A stretch of 64,000 nt of DNA from Dehalococcoidales bacterium. Its GTDB lineage: Bacteria > Chloroflexota > Dehalococcoidia > Dehalococcoidales > RBG-16-60-22. The position numbers and the translations under genes are program-made. Positions 57,514 through 64,000 of this stretch are shown piece by piece; within the stretch, counting starts at the first letter, position 1; each line of letters starts with the position of its first letter. The DNA is taken from assembly GCA_034409565.1 (NCBI GenBank), contig DAOUMS010000022.1:116354-180353 (forward strand), read 5' to 3'. The notes beneath the pieces were generated by a model. It was not told where the DNA came from and made no database searches. It saw only the letters and a program-made list of their open reading frames with translations.

Positions 57514-59094
57514 CTACTTGTTCAGTTTCACAGTGAGCACCTTGTACATATCCGGCAAGGCGCGCACCTGCTGATAGCACTCCTCGGTCATGGGGTCATC
57601 GAGACAAAAAACCATCATCGCGCCACCGCCCCGGTGCACTCCCCGGCTGACCTGCATCTGACTTATATTAATGTCGGCATTGCCGATAATAGTACCCACC
57701 GCACCAATCATCCCGGGACGATCCTTATGCTCGGTGAAAACCATGTAGCTACCCGTTGGCTCTATCTCCAGCCAGTAGTCCCCCACCCGCGTCAGGTGAG
57801 TCCGACCGCGCAGGGAAGACCCGGCCACAAGCGTCCTTCCGGCTTTGGTGTCAACTTCCACTGTTAGCATATTGGCGTAGTTCTCACAGGTAGCCTCTTT
57901 CTGCTCGGTAACGATTAATCCGCGGCTCTCGGCAATGATATCGGCATTGACCAAATTCACCCGCTCTTCCGTGAGGCTACCCAATAGACCGGCAAGCACG
58001 GCCACCTTTACCGGGCTGGTATCCTCTTTGGCAATATCACCCTGATAGCGGATGGTCAGAGAGCTCGGACGTCCCTCCAGCAGTTGCACGGCGATGGTAC
58101 CGAGGGTGGTCCCGACCCACATATAAGGCCCGAGTATGGACATGGCTTCCGCTGGAATCATTGGTGCGTTGACCGGGGTCTTGGGCGGATACCCCTGGAG
58201 AACGGCTACCACCTGTTCCGCGATATCAATGCTGGCGCTCGCCTCGGCCTCAAACGTTGAGGCCGCCAGGTGTGGGGTGGTTATTACCTTATCACTCTGC
58301 AGCAGTATGTTGCCTTTTGCTGGCTCCTTGCTGAAAACATCTATTGCCGCCCCAGCCAGTTTACCCTCGTTGAGCGCGTCATAGAGCGCCTTCTCATCCA
58401 CCACACCACCCCGCGCGCAGTTGACGAGCATGGCGGTAGGTTTGACCAGCCTGAGCTCGTTGCGACCAAGCAAACCCCTGGTGCTGGTATTAAGCGGTAC
58501 ATGCATGGTGATGAAATCGGCCGTTTTCAGCAGCGTTTCCAGTTCCACAAGCTGCACACCAAGCCTTTCCGCCCGGCTCTCCGAGACCATGGGGTCATAG
58601 GCGATAACCTCCATGCGCAACCCTTTGGCCATTTCCGCCACCTCAGTGCCCACCCGGCCCAGACCGATGATGCCCAGCACTTTGTTGCGGATTTCGGATC
58701 CTTTTAATTCGCGACTCCACGTTCCGGTATGGAGCAGGCCGTGTGCCTGTGGAATGCGGCGTGCCAGAGACAGCAGCATGGCCACGGTATGTTCGGCCGT
58801 GGAGACAATGTTGCCCTCCGGAGAATTGACCACAATTATACCGCGGTGGGTGGCGGCATCCACATTGATGTTGTCCACTCCCACCCCCGGCCGGCCAATG
58901 ACCTGCAGCCTGTCAGCCGCTTCGATAATACTGTCGGTGACCCTGGTCTGGCTGCGCACCACCAGAGCATCATATCCCCCGATAATTGACCGCAACCTCT
59001 CCGCCGTGACACCCTTTATCACGTCAACCTCGGCGTGCTGTCGCAGGATATCAATGCCCTGTGCCGCTATCGGTTCGGTAACCAGAACCTTCAT
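57514..59094 (-). CDS. serA: D-3-phosphoglycerate dehydrogenase (long form with ASB and ACT domains)
   Basis: MKVLVTEPIAAQGIDIL..., NAD motif GIIGLGRVGTEVA, and a C-terminal ACT domain. The start is the internal ATG (complement of 59092-59094). Confidence 0.9.
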   Translation of the reverse strand: MKVLVTEPIAAQGIDILRQHAEVDVIKGVTAERLRSIIGGYDALVVRSQTRVTDSIIEAADRLQVIGRPGVGVDNINVDAATHRGIIVVNSPEGNIVSTAEHTVAMLLSLARRIPQAHGLLHTGTWSRELKGSEIRNKVLGIIGLGRVGTEVAEMAKGLRMEVIAYDPMVSESRAERLGVQLVELETLLKTADFITMHVPLNTSTRGLLGRNELRLVKPTAMLVNCARGGVVDEKALYDALNEGKLAGAAIDVFSKEPAKGNILLQSDKVITTPHLAASTFEAEASASIDIAEQVVAVLQGYPPKTPVNAPMIPAEAMSILGPYMWVGTTLGTIAVQLLEGRPSSLTIRYQGDIAKEDTSPVKVAVLAGLLGSLTEERVNLVNADIIAESRGLIVTEQKEATCENYANMLTVEVDTKAGRTLVAGSSLRGRTHLTRVGDYWLEIEPTGSYMVFTEHKDRPGMIGAVGTIIGNADINISQMQVSRGVHRGGGAMMVFCLDDPMTEECYQQVRALPDMYKVLTVKLNK

Positions 59095-59214
59095 AGACTG
59101 CCTCTTTCTTGCCATTTGCAGGGAGCGGCATTTTACCCGTCAAAATAATGCTACACAAATAAACTCTTTATGTCAAAAGCACTCCCCGGCCACTATCTCT
59201 ACACCGGGCGAATC

Positions 59215-59243
59215 TTGACAGTGCCAGTGATGTATGCTAATCT
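59215..59243 (+). promoter_or_regulatory. Sigma-70-like promoter (TTGACA-17-TAATCT) for the gcv operon
   Basis: Read directly from the sequence, about 12 nt upstream of the riboswitch. Confidence 0.5.
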
Positions 59244-59254
59244 GCATCACATAA

Positions 59255-59434
59255 CGGCAGGAGATACCCGCGGGGAGCCGAAGGGGAAAATGGCAGCGAG
59301 ATAGAACTCAAGGCCATGAAACTCTCAGGCAAAAGGACTGCCGGAAATAACACCTCTGGAGAGACCCTGTTTCAGGGTCACCGAAGGGGCAACCCGTTAC
59401 AAACGGGTGATCTCTCAGGTAAAAGGACAGGGGG
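59255..59434 (+). promoter_or_regulatory. Tandem glycine riboswitch (two aptamers)
   Basis: Aptamer 1 (59255-59343): CGGCAGGAGAT...GCCGAAGGGGAAA...CTCTCAGGCAAAAGGACTGCCG. Aptamer 2 (about 59353-59434): CTCTGGAGAGACC...CACCGAAGGGGCAAC...CTCTCAGGTAAAAGGACAGGGG. Both carry the GGAGA / ACCGAAGGGGCAA / CTCTCAGG..AAAAGGAC core of the glycine class, and the element lies upstream of gcvH. Confidence 0.85.
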
Positions 59435-59471
59435 CTAGTCTATAAAATGTAGATTGGCCCCCTTATTGTTT
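59430..59471 (+). terminator. Riboswitch expression-platform terminator
   Basis: GGGGGCTAGTCTA-TAAAATG-TAGATTGGCCCCC (13 positions, 2 mismatches) followed by TTATTGTTT. The 5' arm overlaps the 3' strand of aptamer-2 P1, as expected for a glycine ON switch. Confidence 0.6.
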
Positions 59472-59506
59472 GGGGTAAACTGAGTGAACTGTGGCCGGAG
59501 GATAAA

Positions 59507-59908
59507 ATGAATCCAAAAGAGTACCGATATACGCAGGAGCACGAGTGGCTTTGCTCCGAGCCTGAGGGCAAGGCGAGGATAGGCATCACCCGCTATGCCC
59601 AGTCCCAGCTTGGTGACATCGTGTTTTTTGATTTACCCAAATCCGGGACACAGGTAAAGCAATTTGAGAAGATGGGCGAGATTGAAACGGTAAAGGCGGT
59701 CTCCGACCTTTTTGCACCGGCCAGCGGCAAAGTGCTGGAAAGAAACCAGACCGTGCTTGATTACCCCGCAATGGTTAATGAAGACCCCTATGGAAAAGGC
59801 TGGCTGCTGAAGATTGAATTGAGCCAGCCGGCAGAGCTGGAAGCATTGCTGAGCAGTGCCCAGTACGAGAAATTTCTCGCCGGGCTGCCCCAAAAAACGT
59901 CAGAATAG
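59507..59908 (+). CDS. gcvH: Glycine cleavage system H protein
   Basis: 133 aa. Lipoyl-lysine context EIETVKAVSDLFAP. Confidence 0.95.
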   Translation: MNPKEYRYTQEHEWLCSEPEGKARIGITRYAQSQLGDIVFFDLPKSGTQVKQFEKMGEIETVKAVSDLFAPASGKVLERNQTVLDYPAMVNEDPYGKGWLLKIELSQPAELEALLSSAQYEKFLAGLPQKTSE

Positions 59909-59928
59909 ACGGGAGGTCATGCACCGCA

Positions 59929-61233
59929 ATGCCTTCGCCTTATATCCCGAACACTGACCACGACCGCGCCGCCATGCTGCGCGATATCGGCGCTAGCTCC
60001 GTTGCCGAGCTTTTCCAAGACGTCCCAGAGCAGTTCCGCAACGTCCCGTTTAACCTGCCGCCGCCCCTCACCGAGCTGGAGCTCACCGAAGAACTGCGCC
60101 AGCGAGCGCGCCTGAATGCCAGCCTGGATGACCACGCCTGTTTCCTCGGCGCGGGGCATTACCACCACTTTATTCCTGGCATTGTCCACCACATCACCGG
60201 GCGCAGCGAGTTCGGCACTGCCTATACCCCCTACCAGGCAGAGGCCAGCCAGGGAATCCTGCAGGCGATATATGAGTACCAGTCGCTGGTCTGCCAGCTT
60301 GCCAGCATGGAAATCAGCAACGCTGGCCTGTACGATGGCAGCTCGGCGGCCGCCGAGGCCGTCCTCATGGCCAGCCGCATTACCGGTAAAAAAGAGGTCG
60401 CCGTGCTGTCCACGGTAAATCCCGCATACCGCGAGGTTATCGGTACTTATGTTAGCGGTCAGGATATAGCCATACATGAGCTGAAGCCAGATTTCAAGGA
60501 AATGCCGGACAATTATGCCTGTCTGGTCGTGCAACAGCCCAACTTTTTCGGCTACTTTGAAGAGGTAGAACACTATGCCAGGCTGACGCACGGTGCGGGT
60601 GCACTGTCCATCATCATCTTCGACCCGATTTCCTTAGGCCTCCTGCAACCGCCGGGCAACTACGGCGCGGATATTGCCGTCGCTGAGGGACAGTCGCTGG
60701 GCAACCCCATTAACTTTGGCGGCCCGGGCCTGGGTATCTTCACCTGTCGCCAGGAGTACCTGCGCCAGATGCCGGGCAGGCTCGCTGGCCGCACCACTGA
60801 CGTTGAAGGTCAGCCCGGCTACGTGCTCACCGTGGCCACCCGCGAACAGCACATACGCCGTGAGCGGGCGACCTCCAATATCTGCACCAACGAAGCCCTG
60901 GTAGCCCTCGCCGCCACGGTTTATCTGGCGGCCATGGGCAAAAGAGGGCTCCGCCGGGTGGCCGAGCTCTGTTACCACAAGGCCCACTACGCTGCGGAAG
61001 CCATCAATAAACTCAAGGGCTACTCGCTGGCTTTCGAGCTACCCTTCTTCAGGGAATTTGTCGTCCGCTGCCCCATGCCACCGGAAAAGATAAACCAGGC
61101 GCTGCGTAAAGAAAAAATCATTGGTGGGCTCGACGTGAGCCATCAGATAGATAACGGCATGCTGCTCTGCGTCACCGAGATGAACTCAAGACAGGAGATA
61201 GACCGCCTCGTCTCCACTCTAAAAACACTATGA
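59929..61233 (+). CDS. gcvPA: Glycine dehydrogenase (decarboxylating) subunit 1
   Basis: 434 aa. YIPNTDHDRAAMLRDIG N-terminus and the FTAYTPYQAE-type motif (GTAYTPYQAEASQG). Confidence 0.95.
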   Translation: MPSPYIPNTDHDRAAMLRDIGASSVAELFQDVPEQFRNVPFNLPPPLTELELTEELRQRARLNASLDDHACFLGAGHYHHFIPGIVHHITGRSEFGTAYTPYQAEASQGILQAIYEYQSLVCQLASMEISNAGLYDGSSAAAEAVLMASRITGKKEVAVLSTVNPAYREVIGTYVSGQDIAIHELKPDFKEMPDNYACLVVQQPNFFGYFEEVEHYARLTHGAGALSIIIFDPISLGLLQPPGNYGADIAVAEGQSLGNPINFGGPGLGIFTCRQEYLRQMPGRLAGRTTDVEGQPGYVLTVATREQHIRRERATSNICTNEALVALAATVYLAAMGKRGLRRVAELCYHKAHYAAEAINKLKGYSLAFELPFFREFVVRCPMPPEKINQALRKEKIIGGLDVSHQIDNGMLLCVTEMNSRQEIDRLVSTLKTL

Positions 61234-62675
61234 AAAAGAACAAGCTCTGTTTACTAAAGGACATAAGCCAGGCGGGCAAAGTCGGGTGCCGACTTCCCGA
61301 GCTGGACGTGCCAGCGGCCAAGCTTCCCCCTCAGGAATTTCTGCGTCAGGAGCTGGCGCTTCCCGAGGTCAGCGAAGCCGAGCTGGTGAGATATTTTACT
61401 TCCCTCAGCCGGCAGAACTACGGCGTGGACAACGGCTTCTATCCGCTGGGCAGCTGCACCATGAAGTACAACCCGAAGTGGCATGAGGACATCGCCCGGT
61501 TGCCCGGGTTTCAAGATATTCATCCCCGCCAGCCCGCGGACACGGTACCGGGGGCGCGGCAACTCATGTACGAACTCCAGGAATTGCTGGCCGAAATCAC
61601 CGGCATGGCTGCCACCAGCCTGGCCCCGATGGCCGGTGCCCAGGGGGAGCTGGCGGGGTTACTGATGGTGAAAGCCTACCACCGGTCGCGCAGCGATAAT
61701 CGCCGACGCAAAATACTGGTGCCGGACTCAGCCCACGGCACCAATCCGGCCACTGCCGCCATGTGTGGTTTTACGGTGAGCACCATACCATCAGACAGCG
61801 AGGGCAACCTTGACCTGAAGGGCCTGTCCGACCTGATGGATGGAGAGGTCGCTGCCCTGACTCTGACCATGCCCACCACGCTCGGCCTATTCGACCCTCA
61901 TATTGCCGAGATAAGCGCCATTGTCCACGATAGAGGCGGAATGCTCGTCGGCGACGGTGCCAACCTGAACTCCCTGCTGGGGAAAGTAAAGTTCGGCGAC
62001 CTCGGTTTCGACTGTGTCCAGCTGAACCTGCACAAGACGTTCAGCACCCCGCATGGCAGTGGCGGCCCCGGCTCCGGCCCGGTCTGCGTTAAAGAGCATC
62101 TGGCCGAATTTCTGCCGGCACCCGTCATTACCAGAGATAAAAAAGACTGCCAGCTGGTCACACCATCCCAATCCATCGGCAGGCTTGGTGCCGCTTACGG
62201 GAACTTCGGCGTCATGGTCAAGGCATATGCGTATATCCGCTCGCTTGGCGCCGAAGGCCTGAAAGAGGTCAGCGAAAACGCCGTTCTCAACGCCAACTAC
62301 CTAAAAGAAAAGTTAAAGCCACACTATCACCTGCCCCATGACCGGCCCTGCATGCACGAGGTGGTCTTCTCCGGCAAAAATCAGAAAGCAAGGGGAGTGG
62401 CCACGCTGGATATCGCCAAGCGCCTGCTTGACTACGGCTTTCACCCGCCCACCATTTACTTCCCCCAGGTGGTTGAGGAGGCCATCATGATTGAGCCAAC
62501 CGAAACGGAGAGCAAAGAGACGCTCGATGCCTTCATTGCAGCGATGGTTGAAATTGCCAGAGAAGCCGAAAAAAACCCGGAACTGCTGCATAGCGCACCG
62601 CACAGCACCCCGGTCAGAAGGCTGGATGAGGTCAGCGCCGCCCGAAAACCGAACCTGCGCTGGAAAATGAAATGA
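61230..62675 (+). CDS. gcvPB: Glycine dehydrogenase (decarboxylating) subunit 2
   Basis: 481 aa. PLGSCTMKYNP and the PLP-lysine context NLHKTFSTPHGSGGPG. Confidence 0.95.
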   Translation: MKKNKLCLLKDISQAGKVGCRLPELDVPAAKLPPQEFLRQELALPEVSEAELVRYFTSLSRQNYGVDNGFYPLGSCTMKYNPKWHEDIARLPGFQDIHPRQPADTVPGARQLMYELQELLAEITGMAATSLAPMAGAQGELAGLLMVKAYHRSRSDNRRRKILVPDSAHGTNPATAAMCGFTVSTIPSDSEGNLDLKGLSDLMDGEVAALTLTMPTTLGLFDPHIAEISAIVHDRGGMLVGDGANLNSLLGKVKFGDLGFDCVQLNLHKTFSTPHGSGGPGSGPVCVKEHLAEFLPAPVITRDKKDCQLVTPSQSIGRLGAAYGNFGVMVKAYAYIRSLGAEGLKEVSENAVLNANYLKEKLKPHYHLPHDRPCMHEVVFSGKNQKARGVATLDIAKRLLDYGFHPPTIYFPQVVEEAIMIEPTETESKETLDAFIAAMVEIAREAEKNPELLHSAPHSTPVRRLDEVSAARKPNLRWKMK

Positions 62676-63367
62676 TTGAGATGTCTGATATTTACCGGCA
62701 CCACCAAAAATCATATATCGTAAAATATCTTGGCCTGGTTCCATATGAATCTGCCCTGGTCCAGCAGGAGGAACTAAGGCAATTAAGAGTGGAGAGCCTA
62801 ATCCCCGACACGGTATTATTGCTCCAGCACCCGCATGTCTACACCGTGGGGCGCTTCCGCGGCGAAGAGGATATTATCACCCCACCGGAAAATATACCGG
62901 TCGTGCGGACAAATCGCGGCGGCAGCATTACCTACCACGGCCCGGGACAGCTGGTCGGCTACCCCATCCTCGACCTCAGAGAAAATGGGCTTGGAGTACG
63001 TGAATACATCTGGAAGCTGGAGGAGGTCATTATCAGGCTCCTCCGTGGTTTCGGCATCGAGGCAGAGCGCCACAGCAAATATCCGGGCGGCATCTGGACG
63101 GGAGGCCGGAAAATCTGCTCCATCGGCATCAATGTCGGCCGCCACGTCACCACGCACGGGTTTGCCCTCAACGCAAACAATGACTTAAAATATTTTGCAT
63201 GTATCAGGCCCTGCGGCATGGAAGGAGCTATGATGACCTCAATGGCCGAACTTCTTGGTCGTAAGGTGCCGTTTGAGGTGGTGGTAAATAGCTGGATACG
63301 CTTGTTCTCGGAGGTATTTGCCCTGAGGCCGGAAACAAGCACCCCCAGGGAGGCCGCCATTGCCTAG
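62672..63367 (+). CDS. lipB: Lipoyl(octanoyl) transferase
   Basis: 231 aa. RGGSITYHGPGQLVGYPI and the KICSIGI active-site region. Confidence 0.9.
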   Translation: MIEMSDIYRHHQKSYIVKYLGLVPYESALVQQEELRQLRVESLIPDTVLLLQHPHVYTVGRFRGEEDIITPPENIPVVRTNRGGSITYHGPGQLVGYPILDLRENGLGVREYIWKLEEVIIRLLRGFGIEAERHSKYPGGIWTGGRKICSIGINVGRHVTTHGFALNANNDLKYFACIRPCGMEGAMMTSMAELLGRKVPFEVVVNSWIRLFSEVFALRPETSTPREAAIA

Positions 63368-63965
63368 GCTGCTTCTGGTGAGACACGGCAACACCAAGGG
63401 CAATAGCGCGGAAAGGTTCTGGGGACAGACCGACGTTGAGCTCAGTGACAATGGGAGATGGCAGGTGGAACGACTCGCCGAACGCCTGACCGGAGAAGAA
63501 ATCGATGCCATTTACACCAGTGAACTGAGTCGGGCTGCGGCCACCGCCAGAATCATTGCCTCACGTCACAAGATGGAGATTATAACCTGCCCGGAACTGC
63601 TGGAGATAAATTTCGGCGAGGTGGAAGGGTTGTCTTTCAGTGAAATTGGCCAGCACTACCCGGAGCTGGTCGTGGCCTGGCCAAATCGCGACCTCGCTTT
63701 TCGCTTTCCTGGAGGCGAGAGCATCGGCGAGCTCAACAGTCGGGTCACGAAATTCTATAACCAACTGCGAAAGAGCGCCACTGAGAAAACGGCCCTGGTG
63801 GTGGCCCACAGCGGGGTGCTGCGCCTGCTCATCTGCCATCTGCTGCAGATAGATGTCTGGCACTGGCGGCAGTTCCGCACCGATTTAGCCTCGCTCAGCA
63901 TTGTGGAGACCCATTCGCAGGGAGCCACATTGCTTTCGCTCAATGATACCTCTCATTTACACTAG
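63360..63965 (+). CDS. Histidine phosphatase family protein (phosphoglycerate-mutase-like)
   Basis: 201 aa. LLLVRHGNT (RHG catalytic motif), later VVAHSGVLR. TTG start overlapping the lipB end. Confidence 0.8.
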   Translation: MPRLLLVRHGNTKGNSAERFWGQTDVELSDNGRWQVERLAERLTGEEIDAIYTSELSRAAATARIIASRHKMEIITCPELLEINFGEVEGLSFSEIGQHYPELVVAWPNRDLAFRFPGGESIGELNSRVTKFYNQLRKSATEKTALVVAHSGVLRLLICHLLQIDVWHWRQFRTDLASLSIVETHSQGATLLSLNDTSHLH

Positions 63966-64000
63966 GCAAAGGCTCCCGTCCAGCTTTCAACGTCTCTACA

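Overview
The window is mostly a housekeeping chromosomal segment from a moderately high-G+C, probably anaerobic bacterium. Gene content is reminiscent of Chloroflexota/Dehalococcoidia, but that is inference only and no search was run.

Layout:
- 1-7112: a lower-G+C module on the minus strand (FAD oxidoreductase, TRAP transporter dctPQM, IclR regulator, membrane protein, cupin). It ends in a 0.7-kb non-coding stretch with tRNA T-arm-like fragments.
- 7176-11070: ogt, then a run of hypothetical genes including a ThyA-like enzyme.
- 11725-22846: one long minus-strand ilv-leu operon (ilvD-ilvB-short ACT protein-ilvN-ilvC-leuA-mgtC-leuC-dsrE-like-MGMT-like-leuD-leuB).
- 22992-25882: the complete t6A set, tsaE-tsaB-tsaD-tsaC.
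- 26206-31591: a Tat-exported FdnGHI-type formate dehydrogenase plus fdhE. The catalytic subunit is read through an in-frame UGA (selenocysteine), which the ORF track splits into two ORFs.
- 31673-39225: guaA, a Pro/Ala-rich transglutaminase-like lipoprotein, and purD-purE-purB-(NTF2-like)-purC.
- 39448-45115: hypFCDEAB, with no hydrogenase structural genes in view.
- 45133-48138: an SDR, an NSS transporter with a MetS-like micro-subunit, and an unclassified promoter-to-terminator structured RNA candidate of about 255 nt.
- 48227-53015: pentose-phosphate genes (rpe; pgi-rpiB-tkt).
- 53141-59094: ccdA-tlpA-small Cys protein, a PD-(D/E)XK nuclease, an aminotransferase and serA.
- 59215-63965: a tandem glycine riboswitch driving gcvH-gcvPA-gcvPB-lipB, then a histidine phosphatase.

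Several intergenic regions carry near-consensus TTGACA-17/18-TAnnnT promoters.

I found no CRISPR array, no transposase or integrase, and no recognisable defence system. No obviously novel multi-gene system stands out. The most interesting items are the unclassified RNA locus, the Sec recoding, the foreign genes inside the leu operon, and the island boundary.
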